NCBI GenBank assembly: GCA_051362555.1
Contig: CM120641.1
Coordinates: 33,362,401-33,426,400, forward strand
DNA from: Lingula anatina
Lineage: Eukaryota > Animalia > Brachiopoda
Reading direction: 5' to 3'
Length of the DNA stretch: 64,000 bases
Both the position numbers and the translations under genes were made by a program. The notes below the pieces were generated by a model. The model had not been told where the DNA came from and did no database searches. It was given only the letters and a program-made list of their open reading frames with translations. Shown piece by piece: positions 36,701-51,287 of the stretch (positions are counted from its first letter, which is position 1; each line of letters opens with the position of its first letter).

Positions 36701-38382
36701 ATAGAGAACAAGCTGTATGACAGTAACTTTGGCCACTCTCTGCTGGGCGGATACAGTGACCACTATGTCTCTGACTTTGTGCTTCACGGCACCAGTGACA
36801 CCAGCTTTTTAAAGCGCCTCAGAAAAGATTTGGTCATGACTGAGCAGGTAATGTGATTCATTGGAACACGACAAACTCAGTTTTGTTGCTAGCTTTAGAA
36901 AGGTGCTTGATTTTGATAGGTTAGAAAATCGGTTGAATTAACATGAGCATGGTTTCAGCCCATGTCACATAACAGTTGACTTAAACATACATTATATTTT
37001 ATTTTAAAAAAATATTCATAGTTCTAATGTATTAAAGACTCCTGTGTTCAGAAGTTATTGTACTGGATTTTTTTTTTCTGCAGAAAAAGAAATAACATAT
37101 TTTCTTTTTTGTGTGTTTCAGTATTCTATATTGGATGAGCCAGTGGCAGAAGCTGTGTCCATAGTAGCTGACACATCTAACTGGTAAGGTTTATAGTTTT
37201 GTATTTCAGTGTTTTGAAAATGTAATTTATGGAGTTACTGGCCTAGTATGTATTTCGATTGAGTTTTTCGATTTGTTTCTGTAAAACTTTTTCCCATATC
37301 CCTTACCGTTTTCTTATTCCTTAAGTCTTTTGATGCCATTTATTTATCTCCTTTTCTGTCTCTTGTTCATTCATCATATCTTCTTTTATAATTTGTTTCA
37401 CCTACACAATATAATACTTCTTATTCTATTTCATTTCATTCATCATAGGTCTGTGGAGATTGTTTCATCCCGCAACAAGTCAGAGTTTGGTGAGGTGGTC
37501 AACCCAGCTCCATTGGTTTGCAATATGGTGGAGTCTGTACAGAATCTATGGAGACTCAGGATGGCACCAGAATTTGTACGTAGATACGTTGTTCAGTTAC
37601 TATCTCATTATTTTATCTAATGTGGTCCTTCTCCGGTCATGTTGGTGCATCTGGGCCCAAAAACAAGGGTCATATTTCAAAGTTTTATCTTGCAGTTGTG
37701 TAAACACACTTATCTAATACTCTTTTTAAAGTGTGTCACCTATGTCTGTTGAATGTGGCCTACAAATGCGATCATGACATGTTGCTAGTACACCAGAAAA
37801 CTGTGTTACACACCTCGTTACACTATAGATGTTTCCAGTATTTGTTGCTGAAAAACAGCAAAGTGACAATATCAAAACCCTTTTTTATTTTGCAGTGTTT
37901 GATGCATATGGAGGATCGACTTCAAGAGATTTATTTTAAGAGTGGCATCTTGGCAGAGTATTTGCAATGTGAAAAGATTGGCAGCAACAAGGAAATATGC
38001 TCACTACTTGGGTATGAACTTTTGTAGAATATTGCTTTATTTCATAGTCTTTTTAGATATTTGGCTTTAATGAAATGGTCATTCCTAATGCATTTTTGAT
38101 TGATCCAAATAAAAGATTACTTCTCAGTGAAGGCAATTTTTTTGTTGAAAAAAGAATGGCAATTTGATGAAAAAAAAATTATTATTGACTTGTAATCAAG
38201 GAAATCATTTTTTGGCATTGTAAAACATTCTTGTTTGAGCTCATAATAGTTTATACATTTAATGTTATACATATGAAATAACTATTCTTTACTTTTTCAG
38301 GGTTGATGTCAGTGACCTACCACTGCTTATGGCTGTTGCTGGAATTCACTCCCCAAACCAAGGACTGGGATTGGTCTCCTAG
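27728..38382 (+). CDS. FNIP1: Folliculin-interacting protein (FNIP1/FNIP2 co-orthologue)
   Basis: Exon 27728-27819 (MALFHKLF), 28692-28812 ([21 protein letters not shown]), 29194-29304, 29839-29939 ([16 protein letters not shown]), 30457-30522 ([10 protein letters not shown]), and further exons encoding [48 protein letters not shown] and [15 protein letters not shown]. The last exon 38301-38382 encodes [14 protein letters not shown]. Confidence 0.93.
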
Positions 38383-38608
38383 AAACTTACATCCACCAGC
38401 CTGGCATTGGTCTCCTAGAAACCTGCACCCACCAGCCTGGGATTGGGACTAGTTCCTTAGGACCCTACACCCACCAGCCTGGGATTGGTCTCCTAGAAAC
38501 CTATACCCATCAGCCTTGGACTGGGACTAGTTTCTTAGGACCCTACACCCACCAGCCTGGGATTGGGACTAGTTTCCTGGGACGTTACACTCCCCAACCA
38601 GGGATTGA
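38347..38608 (+). repeat. Minisatellite (~35-41-bp units) overlapping the FNIP stop codon and 3' UTR
   Basis: About six to seven units of cacccaccagcctgggattgg(tctcctagaaac/gactagtttcttaggacc). The first unit encodes the last FNIP codons and the TAG. Confidence 0.8.
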
Positions 38609-41126
38609 GAACAGAGCAATTCAGTTTGCACCAATCATCATGCATAATGTGACATGCCATCAGTTTGTTTTGTCAAAGACAAGATGACAGTGACCATTGC
38701 TCCCAGAGAAATAATCATTTTATCATTTTATCAGGCTCAAGTTTTGATGAATTGGTGAAAATTTTAACAGAGAACAGTCTGTATGATGAAAGTTAATATG
38801 CTGTCAAGTTTTGAAAAACTGATGGACATTTTGCTCATTTTACATATTTTTGCTGGGATCCCAGGACCCTGAATGTTTAGAATAAAAACAGTTCAGTTCC
38901 AGGAATATCTTTTGAATGAAATGTGTTAACAGGCATGTTTAAAAAAACTTGGCTGTATTTGTTCCATGACATTTATGTTCATTTATAAGCTGAAGATGGT
39001 CTTCTGACTGTGATATCTTGAACCTTTATCATTATGCTATATCATGTTAAAGCCTTCACAAGTTATCATATGGGTAACTTTTTATAGTTACATGAATAAG
39101 GCAGCAGATAAGTTTGCAGGTAAGTCCAAGTTTTAAGTATAGCTCCTGTTACATTCAAAAGTTACTTGATGCTATTCAAGGCTGTTAGTACTTATCAAAT
39201 AGACTTAGTTTTGAATCATTAGATCAGTGCAAGAAATCCCATCCTCAAGAATGATGCAATTTTACCATTTCATTGGAGGCCTTCAAAAAATTGAAGCCCC
39301 TGAATGTCTTGTAAAATGAAATATGATTTTAACTTTTTAATTTATGACCATTAAAATATTGTTGTATTGTACTAACTTATTATAATTATTCGAATTTAGA
39401 CATTTATGGTAGAAGAGGTACAATTTATGAGCTTCCCACTTTTTGATCTGTCATGGCTCAGTGTTGGTCTATGCACATAATTTGTTTTGGTTATATGGCT
39501 TAAATTTCTACCAAACTATATTAAAGGATGAAATATTTATTAGATTTCTTTAGCCAAACTGAAATAATTGTGTCATTAATGAAAATTATTGATGCCAGCA
39601 TGGTAATACGTGATTTTTGAGCTGTTTATGTCTTAGGCAGAGTATATTTATTGTTGTACAGATACTGTGTTCATATATTGTGCAATAGATGGTGCTTCTT
39701 CCCTTGTCCTATATTATTATAGGATAATACAGTGGGTAACGTTAGAATTATTTATAATAAATTACTTTGCATTTTTCAATGACCCAAGTTGTTGGTGTAC
39801 TGTTGGTTTTGTTTTCGAGTTATTAAGTGGGAAATGGGCAAGTTGCTCTTCCCAACCAGGCATTGTTTATACAGATGTGACACAATGTAAACTTCATACA
39901 CAGACCCACACTATTCAGTCAGAACACCACAAATTTCTCAACTTGCAAAGCCCCACTGTTAAAAACATACGTATTCATGAAAATTGGCATCCTTAAAATT
40001 TTGCTACTGGTAGATTTTTTTTTTTTTTTTTTTTTGAAAAATTTCTAGAACTTGGTCTTTGCCTTGGCATCTACCCTTGGTCTTAAAAAAATAAGCAACG
40101 TATTGTCATATATAGTATATATTTTATTTCAGCCCAAAGGCCCATAAAGTATGTGATTCCTGGTTACATCGAGATTCTCCTGCATCACTGCAGCGGTAGG
40201 AGTATGATACATCAAGTTCATAAATTTGGACTAAATTTGTATATAATATTTACAACACAACCATGATTCCATGCAAATTTGTGTAAATTTTAGGTATTTG
40301 TTTAGTTATAAAATGTTTTGTCCTAGTTAATACTTTGGGTTTCAAAGCTCACACAAGTGAAGATACATTCCCAAAGACTGCCCTCAAAGCACCTTCAATA
40401 GCATCTAAAAAGCAACAAATCCTTGCACTAGTAAATGCATACAGCAGTTCTGTGGATTTTCGATCACATTCTCCTAGTTTATATACACAATTGCTTCATT
40501 AATTTGTGAGAAAATATATCGTCAGAACAATAAACAAACATTCACCAACACAAACCTCTTGTTACACAAGTTATTTTTGCTGATAATGAATCACTCATTC
40601 ACCCAAATGTACACGTCACTTTGTTTACATAGCAATGATAATACACACTAACAACTGTGTAAAACCTCTTAGACAAATAATGCATCTGTATAAAAGAGAA
40701 AAATCTGATATGTTTTACATCTTAAAAGATGTTTATATATAAACAAAAAACACACCTTAACAGTGACAACCATTGTTATCCAGGATACAGATTTGCACAA
40801 TATATCAAATGTAGCAGTGCCAGCAGCCACTTAGTTAAGATATAAATTATATTCTGAACCCCTATATATCATGTCACATATCTTTCTAATATCTACATTA
40901 CATTATTAAGCACTTGACACCCTCAATTTTGAAGAAAAACTATATCTTATTTTGCACTGCTGGTTCATAGTCGGCGGAAGCAAATACTTCAAAGATGATG
41001 ATCAATTACCATCCTTTTCTTGATAAAAAAAAAGCTTTATTAAGTCAGAGACTCAAATACTACTGAAATATCTTTTGTGTGGTACGGATTTGATGAGATC
41101 ACTTTATAAAGAGATTACTGCGGCCA

Positions 41127-44100
41127 TTACGTTTTTGGTTGAAACTGAGCCATGTAATAACTACAGTGGTGACAGTATGTTTGCCCTTCAACCACCTGTC
41201 TCATATTACACAAGTTACACACAAGAGCATTGTCTGCAGGAGCATCAATCATTTCAAAACTATCCACAGAATCGTCATCGAAATCATCCTCGTCACAGTT
41301 CTCCATAGCGTCTTCTATCCCCCCATTGACAGGGGCCCCTCTGCTGTTAGCCTCGCGCCTCTGAAGGGTCTGATGTAGCACGTGCATAAACTTATCGTAG
41401 CTTTCCTCACTTTCATCAGGATCGCCAATGAGAATTATGTTTTCGGAAAACGTGACACTTTTCTTCCTCTGTGCCCTTGACCCTGTTGAACGTCTGCGCT
41501 GTGAGGGTCCCTTATTTGATGTGGAATTTGATGTCTTGGATGCATCGACCAAACCTGTGTTTAATGTTTCAAACTTAGTTGCTAAGTCTTTCACTCCCAA
41601 CTGATCCAAATCAAGTAGTCCATTTTGTAAAGAGCTTGGATCTGACCTCTGTCGGCTGTGTTTGATTTCCAAAGGCTTTTCAACAAAAATGTACGAGTCA
41701 TCCCTAGTGTGGAGGCCATTTTGTTTTGGTCCATTTGTGACATTGGTTTCTGGGTAGGGTGGTAGTGGCAGATCATCTACTGATGGTGCCAACATGTTCT
41801 TGGAACCATTTGTTGCCTTAACATCAACCTGTAAAAATAAAACTTATTCAATATTTTCTGGTTTTTACACATCCATTATATATGTATAACCTGCATTACG
41901 TAAAAGTTACCATTAAAACTGTAATATGAACAAACTAAATGAATGACTTATAGGACATTTTTTTCTGATTTTCTGATAAAATACTAACTGCAATATCTAA
42001 TGCTTTGGGTTTTTATGGAGAAGTGAACAAATCCAATATTTGAGAAAAACCTTCTTACCTTATGTTCTTTTGTTTGAGCCCCCAAGACTGTACAGCAAAG
42101 AGGGAAATGAAAAAACAAAACATGGATTAGACCAATGTCAATTTCATAAAGATTGTCTGTTAATAAAATTTTGTAACTGCATGATATCTAGACTGAAAAA
42201 TCTAATTGGTCTGCTTTTTTTTTTTTGTACAGAGAGAAAATTCACCCATGCATTTTATACAGAGCCATCATAGCTTGCTGCTTACTGCACTTACACAAAT
42301 TTTTCATTTCTCCAGTCTGCAACCTACCTTTGTTCTGTGTATTCTGGACAGGTTTGGGACTGCTAAGGACCGAGTCCTTCCTGACTGGAGGTGGTGGTGG
42401 AACCTTCTTCCCTGCAGGCTTCACTGGAGCAGGTTTGATGTTTGCAGCCTGCCACTGCTGCTGACTCTGAAATAGCTGCAGGTTCTGCTGCTCCAGTTGC
42501 CGCAACTTACTGGGAATTCCTTGGCCATTAATCACTGGACCATTGGACATTTCTGGTCCACTAGGTATCTGACCACTAGAGTTTGTAGGGCCATTCATCA
42601 TAGCTTGACCACTAGGTCTAGTTGGACCACTGATCTTCTTAATCTGACCAGCAGTGTTGTTAGCATCAGGCTGGACTCTAGGCACAGCATAATGACTTTC
42701 CTTAAAATCTAACTTCGAACCCTGATGGGGGTGCTGGGAGGGTCCCTGGGGTACACCTTGGGGATGCTGACCCTGTGGTACCTTAACTCCCTGTGTTGGT
42801 CCCTGTTGGAGTGGATTATGATTTGGAATGATGGGGCGAGAGTTTGGCACAGCGTAAATCTTCTCAGGAGCATGCCTTGGTATTCTGGTAGATTGTTGCT
42901 GTGGTGGGAGGGTGGATGATGATGGCTGTGGTGGTACTACTGACTGTGGTTGCCTCAACTGTGAAACTGGAGGCTGTACTTGTGGATGTCTTGACTGCTG
43001 CTGTTGACGTTTATTATTGACAGGAGGCTGCTGGTGCTGTATGGACTGGGGATACTGCATTTGTTGTGTTGCTACAGGTGGAGCAAGCTGTTTCCCCTGC
43101 GTCTGTGACGGTGGTCCCATAGGATGCTGAGGTTGTTGACTATGATTTGATGATATGCTGTACTTGGATGAGGAAACATCACTTAAATTGGAATGTGTTG
43201 ATAAAGTAGAACTCTGTCGGCTGTGCATACCCTGACCCTCTGATGATCTGGACCTTTGTTTTTCTATCATATTCTGTTGTAGCAGTCTTCGTATTTCCTC
43301 CTTGGTCATCTTACTCTGACTCTGTGTGGTAGGTCCCAGGCTTGTGGGTACTGTCTGGCTGCTTGTTATAGAGATCCTATCAAATTGGTCTCCTGGTGGG
43401 GGCACCAGTTGCTGTTGCTGCTGCTGAGACTGAACAACCTTTTGTTTGCTTAAGTAGTCCTGATAAATCTCTGCCTCTCTGTTAGCGCCACGTCCCTGCT
43501 CACCCACTGGTGCTGCTGATGCTGCAACAGGGCCAGCTTTCTGCTTTGATTTCTTTGGTAAAGTCCCATACAGCTGGATGCCACGTTCAGCATCATTGAC
43601 TGCTGAATTGGAGACACCATCTGATGATTTAGAGTGTGGGATCTCAGACTGCCCCCTGTGCTGTGCCTCAGACACACTGGTGGACCTCCTGAACATGACC
43701 TCCTGGTAGCTAGGCAATGGCTTTCTCGGTTGCTGGGCAATATTACTATCTATAGGTGGTGCTGCCATTCTCCCATGTACACTGTGACTGCGATGCATGC
43801 CCTCTGACCTGTGTCGATGACCTCCGTCACCCCTGTGTCTCGTGGATTGCAGATCTGGCGCAGAAGTCTGCCTTGGGATCTCTCTAGATTGCATCTGGAG
43901 TTCATCTCGTACTGGAGGGGAATCCAGGTCTTTGGTGTCGGTGTCTGTAGTGCTAAGGGAGCTAATGCTGGAACAACAAGGGATGGTACATACAAATATT
44001 GTCTCATTTAGATTTCAGGAAAAATCTACTAAATCAATTAATTTTTTTTTCAAAATTGGTTTGTCAAATTCTTTTCGTTCTCAGACAAAGCCTTCTTGAC

Positions 44101-47100
44101 ACTGTTCAATATAAATTTCAACAGATAAGTTTTGCTACATAAAAAAAAACTGCTCTGGACCATTTCAACACCAAAGCTGAGTTCTTGAGAACATTTTATA
44201 TTCATCCCTGAACCAGTCTCTAAATCCCTGATCTGAGAATGACCTATCTTATTAGTTGAGTGTATTTTGTTTTGTACCAAGTCACTCATATCATGTGGAC
44301 AGCTGGTATAATTTCATACCTGATATGATCCTCACTGCTGACTTCACTACACGTGGACTGTGCAGACGTCTGCCTGCTCATGATACGCCTGTGCAGACTG
44401 CGCGACCGGAGCACACACGTACTGTGTTTCTTCTGAGCGTGCACCATGGAGTGCTGACTGGCACCTGGGGCATTCATGGCTTTCTTGAAGTATGCTGGAA
44501 ATAAAAAAACATGAAATTCCCAACGATTGTTTAATATGTTAACTTCTCACTTCAGAATTCAAGGTGCTTTCAAATATTACTATCAACTGTGATGCAAAAA
44601 TAATGCGTGGAAAGGAGTATTTTTTATTGTTAAATTTAAGCAATATATTGTTCACATCATGATGGAGAAGTCTTTACCTGTAGCCTGGGTACACAGCCAC
44701 ATTGACATGTGAAGATCCCCTCGTCTTTCCTTCTCAAATGATTCATTCTCAAGTTCTTCTGCCTTCAAACATAGCTTCTCAAAGGTTTCAGCTAAAACAA
44801 ATGCAATTATACCACATTAAGAATTTGTACTAACACCTCAAAAACATTGTATTACCATGGCGAAGACAGTTTGATGTATGTTTGTTACGAGTCCAACTAA
44901 AATTAATGAAAGTTCACACCTATTTCCAAAATTTCTGATGGTATTCAACATGAGTTAAGTTTTTACATAATCTAATGAGAGTTAAGTAATTAAATTATTA
45001 TTCTTGCTGTGTCAGCCTGACAAATACTCACCACCATCTGGTTCATCGCCTTCATATTCCTTCTGGATTCTCATTGGTCCTTTCTTGGTTACATTGATCT
45101 CTGTTGATTCAGGTTTGCTTCCTAAAATTGAAAAAAAAATCAAAAGATGAAAATAAACAAACAGTACTAGTAAACAGTAAATACATACAAATTTTATCTA
45201 ACTTAGAGGGAGATTTAAGCCCACTCTTTCAAATTTGAACTTAACCAATGAAAACATGTGAAACACTCCTATTGCATAGTATCATTCAATTTTTCTATGA
45301 AATATACCAAAGAAATCATAAAGAAAGGCCTCATCATTCTATAAGTTGCTAACCTTGCTTGGAAGATTCTCTCAACTTCTCCTTAAAGAAGGCAGTTGCC
45401 TTGGGAGCCTGAAATGTAGCGATGTTCTCTGGAATCTGGGTCAAGTTACGATCCGTCTTAAATTGCTGAATGTTTCCATTGTTCCCCTGGTTGGAATTTA
45501 GACTTTCAGAAGACGACTTTCCATCATACTGTCCTCCGTGTGAGCTCTTCCCTCCCAGCATAGGTCCATGTGTGCGACCAAAGAATGCACCATTTGTGTG
45601 GCGTGGATCCAAGAGGGGAGAGTCTGCGGAGGTGCTACTGGCAGAACTTGCCCTATCTCCACTGTAGCCAGAGTCTCTGGACACATTATCAGGTATGTCC
45701 ACTTTCAGGGCAGGTTTGTTCAATGGCAGGCAGAAGCCGTCTCTTTTACCTTCCCCTGCAAGGTCCTTTCTTGGGAGTACTGGTGTAGGAACACCACTGC
45801 TGGCACTGCTGGATGAATTCTGACGAATAATCTTCTGTTTATTGAGAATACTCTCCACTGCCCGTCGACTGATGTAGTTGTTATCTGACACATCTTCTCC
45901 CTTAGCAGTATATTTAGCATCAATTCTACTTTCAGAGTTGTATCTGGACATGGTTTTCTTTGGCAAGGGCTCTGTGGTGCCCTCTATTCCTTTGCCATGG
46001 AGCAGCTCATGAATTTGATTTTGATTAAGGTACTCCTGGGGGTAGTACGGGTTGGATATTGTTTGATGTCTTGTACTTTTTCGAGGCAAGGAACCATAGC
46101 CTTGGTCCAGCAGCTCTTTAGTTCTGCCAGAGCGAGCACTATGGGGGCGCTTCTTGTGAGCTGCTGCCACCTGTTGTTGAGGTTTATCTGATGTGATGTC
46201 CCCACCAAGTCTCTCATCTACTGACACAGCACGTTTCACAGTATGTGGATATGGGTTTGGGTTGACCACAATATGTTCAGGAAGAGGCTCCATTTTTATT
46301 TGGTCCTCCATGTCTCTAGAAAAGTCGAACCCTGCTATGTATTCAGATCCTGGTTTTGAACCTGACTGGCCAAATTCAAATCCATCAGTCTGTAGACCAC
46401 TGGGAGATGGGGATGTGTCAGAATTGGACTGGTACCTAATAATATCTGCCCCCAGTTTTGGGCGTCCTTTCTTTCCACTGTCACGTTTCTGCGGCCCCTG
46501 CTTGCTGAAGATTGGAGCACTGAATGCAGAGGTGGAGTTTGGCGACAGCTGAGGAGCGTTAGGTCTCCTGTACTGCCCCTGCGTGGATAATGTCCAATTG
46601 TCCACTTCATCAGCACCTGAATTTGAATTTGGCACATCACCAGAGTTCTGAACCATAGGTGGAGCCACTTTATTGATCAAATCAGTCTGAGCATTGTGAC
46701 CTTTAGTATCTGTTTTCTCATCTTCTGGTAAACCAGTCACTGCTATCAAATAACTCGACTGTCTCCTGTGGTCAACTGCAAGCTGTTTCTTATTGGCTGA
46801 ATCCTCATCGCTGTCATAGGCATGCCACTCTGGTGTTGGAGTGACAGCACGCCGTGGTTCCACTGTGAACTCTTCTCTCTGCTGTTGAGATTCTGGGTTA
46901 GGTGTAACCGCCCTGCGTAGCGTTGCAGATGGGGGCATTTCCCGTGTTCTGCGATACTGACCAGCTCGTGGAGCAGGGCGGCTGTGAGACTGTGTGGAAT
47001 TTCGGGAGTCTACAGATGCAGGACCTAAAACACAATATTGTAAAATTTGATATCATGTTTAAATTTTTCATTTTTCTCAAAATTGTCTATGAGTCAATGC

Positions 47101-50100
47101 TTTTGTTAAACAATGAATTTTTATAATTTGCGGTGTTTTTTTAACAACCTTGCTACAATGTTTTCACTAAATGAGTTATTTCTATAATTTGTGGCATTTT
47201 TTTTAAAAGCTAGCCACAAATAATATTACATTATATAGTCATCAAAATGAAAATGTACATATTAAACAATACTGTCACTGACACAGTCTCATTTTTAATT
47301 TCTTTCAGTAATACCTTGATTTCCTGTGTTAGCAGGGTTGCCAGGACTACCTGGCCAGTTAAACGGCTCATGTCCTGGTACCATAGTAGTCTTTTGCAGT
47401 GCAGTATCAGTATCAATTGCCGTGGCGTTGGGGTTTGTATACAGCAACAGGAGTGGCTGATATCTGCCTCGACACATCTTATCCACCACCCTGGACCAAT
47501 CAGGTCCTATCTCTCTTACGGTGGCATCATCAAAGTAGATCCAGATGCCTTTCTTTGTGAAGAAGAATGTAGAGTAGTGTTTGCCATAGTAACAGACTAC
47601 ACCCCTCAGTTCTAAGGTACTGGCCCTAGTGTCTGCTAGGTGAAACAACTGAAATATACGAAATCGCGTCGAATTACACAAGATTCAATTTTTCACAGCA
47701 GGAACATCTTGTATTAATTTTCACATCAGATGACATCAATCATATCAAGGCTAATTATATGAAAACATTATTTTCCTGTTTATAATTTGTATTTCCCTTA
47801 GTAAAATGAGTTTTTTTAGCAATTCAACAAATCTCAAAAGAGCCACACACCTATTTCTAAAAAGTACATCTTACACAGCATTAAGAGATGATGGAACAAT
47901 AAATACCACTACTTACATGATAGAGCACTATATTCTTTCCAATGCAGCGATTGACCTGTGTAATGTGGTCAGAGTCTGGACGATCCGAGTCCCAAATTAA
48001 GCCAATGCTCACTGGAACAAAAAGACATTGCACTTTGAGGAAAAATCAGATTTTATCAAGCTGAAAAATTAGGGAACACTATACATTTACGTGTCTTTTC
48101 AGCGTAATGAAATTTGCCATTTATAACATTAATGTACTAGTTAGCAGAAAGAATGGAATACTTATTTATCAAATGCAAATAAATTAATTAATTAATATAA
48201 TCATAAATGCATTCTAACATGCAGGCTATACCACTGTCATAATTCAACAGGATATCACCTGTCTACTTACCAACATCAGGACAGTTAATTAGATTCTTGC
48301 GGATTGGTATTCTCTCACCACAGTCACTCTGAAAAAATATTCATTGATCAAAGTCAGTCAAAAGGTATAGTTAAATAATAGGTAATAGTTAAAATGTTTA
48401 TTTTTAGTCATATTCAGTGACATCCTAAGCCAAGTGTGTTGGTAAAATGATCTCCAGACTTCCTGTCTTGTAATTGACAGTAAGCGAGGCACAAAAACTG
48501 CAACTCCTTACAACTATTACCAAATATAAACACTCCAATTTAATTAAGAGAGACCTTAGCCTCGGAGGCAATAGTGGATGAGAAATGTGACACCAGTCAT
48601 TTTCTGGATGAGAGGTTTCTCTTCTCTCGTACTTCCTCTCCTCCCAAAACAGCTGTGCTACATAGGGTTCTGTTCACACATTAGACCCAAACAGAGTAAT
48701 ATATGATAGGTAGGAGCAACATAAAATTAATCTCATTAGTAATGACCTTCCTAGAAATTAACACCAGTTTAACTCCCTAAAACAATATTTGGCAATTACT
48801 ATTGAACTAAATCAATGTGCACAATTAACTAATTCTCATTTAAGAACCAAAACTCAGAGAGAGAGAGTGTAACCAAATTCACTATAAGCAACCGCCCAGG
48901 ACTTCAGAGTCAGGTTTCCCAGGAATACTTTTTCTAAACAGCAAGTCCACTGAAGCTTAAAATTGCCCTTTTTACCAAAACTGGTGTTGTTTTTCATGTG
49001 AATGTGTGTCATTTCAATTAAATGATAAACATCTCACTTACAATAATAAGGAATAGATTCTGAGCCCCTGCAATAATAGTCCATATTTAAGAGACCAAAT
49101 AACCAGTAAATCATACTCACTGGACAACTCCTCATGTCACCCTCAGATGAGGCATTTCTCAGTAGTAAGCTGAAGGCTCTGTGGACATCCTCTGCTGGCA
49201 GCCCATCCTTGACCATACGCTGGGTATGCCACCTGCAAGAGGAAATTATAGAAAGCCCTGGAATAGTTTTTAGTTTATCCATCTTTTTTTGTATGTTTGT
49301 GTGAGAGTTACATCACTAAGGTAGTAACATTTAAGATACTTCAAAAGGTGTAAAAAGTTGAGGGTATGACCATAAGCACAACTAGTTTAATAACATTTTT
49401 TTAGTGAATACCTTAGCGAGATGATAATTATGGAAGAGAACAGTCAGTGAAAATCTTCTTTATCATGAGTAAAATTGGTTGCATATTTATTTCAATCAAT
49501 AGATAATACTTAAAATATAAATATGCATGAAGATGAACATAAAAGAACACCTCTCTCTCTCTCTCACTCGAAAAAACACAAGCCTGGCTACCAGCTATAC
49601 ACCATAAAACACTCTACAGACAATTTATCAAACCACATGCAATACTGAAGTTGCAACCATCTGCAACCAGACATTTATTTTTCTTGATCACTTCCCAGTT
49701 ACAGATGTGTAACCTTACATAACCCACTGGTATTTCATCCTGACTGGCAGTGGAAAGGAGGCGCAATAAAGCCCACATGCCACAGCCTTCCAGTGTGCAC
49801 CCTAACATGTCTAGACATCTACACAAACCAGGGATTCTTGTGAAAAGTGTGTGCAAAATCTTTTTAGTTATGTTAACTGTGAGGTTTTTTTTTTATTTTA
49901 TGTAATTTTGTTTCCAATTTTTTAAATAATTTTTATCTAAGAAATACTGTCCACTTTTTAAACTTTACAACATTAATGAACAACCTCAGGTTGCATGAAA
50001 TTTCTTCTTTTTGCTACCTTTAAATCAAAAGTTTGTATTTTTGGTATGAACTTAATTTTTCTTCAGTCAATGAATCTAAAATAAATGAATGTGGACAAGA

Positions 50101-51059
50101 AGATTATCAATAATGAACCAATAATGAATTAATACCACAGACACAGATCAAACCTGAATAACGTATCAATCTGATAATAAACAATGCCAAATATATCATA
50201 TTCCTGTCATCTAAATTAACCAGTAATTACTTCTGGTTTTCCTGTTATTTCTTCACCCTCAGGAAGCTAAATACATTAATTTCCTCTCTATAAACAATAG
50301 GAATAGCCCTAATATAGGCACAGAGATAGAATTTCAGTATAAACTAAACAGTTCAATTATCAAGCCAAACACAACTGTATCTGTCTAAACAATAACCTAG
50401 TCAAAGATATCAAATCACAGACCTCAAAATTTTGACTAATCACTAGTGTTATTGTTTTCTTGCTGCCTGATGGAGTGTGCTCTATGTAAGCACCAGGTGT
50501 GTACTCTATGTAAGTTACATGAAAACATGTCTATTCAATATGTTTTAAATGTGTTGCCACATAGTTCCTTGTTTCTTTGTCAATGAAAAGACCATTCAAA
50601 AGGACCATTCAAAGCAATTTTTTGACATTATTAAGCATTCTAGGAAAGGAACAAAATGCATCTCAATAAATAATGATTCCAACACAGGTTTTATGTGGGA
50701 GGCACAGGTGCTGAGTTTCTAATAGACTCGTGCATGATTCACCACAATATGTCACATTTGTCAGTAGACATCTATCAAGACTGCTACCTAACAATAGTTT
50801 TTAAGTAGCTGTTGAAAATCTATATGAGTCAGTGTGCTGACAAACTGGAAATTTTCTTTTTGTTCACTCTTTCCTCTGTATTCACATTATACATGTCTGA
50901 CACACGGCAATCACACACCCAAACAAAAATAGCCACACATATTAATGATCATATGCATGCAAGAAGGCATTCAGTAGTTATTACAAATGTTTCGGTAGAA
51001 ACACATCTGAATATCTATACACGAGTAAAACCATCTGTGTATGTGACTAAGCAAATGCA

Positions 51060-51099
<40 letters not shown>

Positions 51100-51254
51100 C
51101 ATGTGCACGCATCCCCATGACTTACGCTAAGGCACTTGTAGACACATAATGCACCATCTGACTAAAGGGATGAGGTTCTGAAGTGGCCCCACACTTGTTA
51201 CACACAACCTGGAATACAGCAAATACATATACTTTATTTTTCTGAATTATTATT

Positions 51255-51287
<33 letters not shown>

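Noticed and set aside
38347-38608. CRISPR-like repeat array
   Set aside because: The units are contiguous degenerate tandem repeats with no unique spacers, there are no cas genes, and the context is eukaryotic.
34757-46640. Many antisense and alternate-frame ORFs overlapping the large FNIP and USP54 exons
   Set aside because: Shadow ORFs of long coding exons with no independent evidence.
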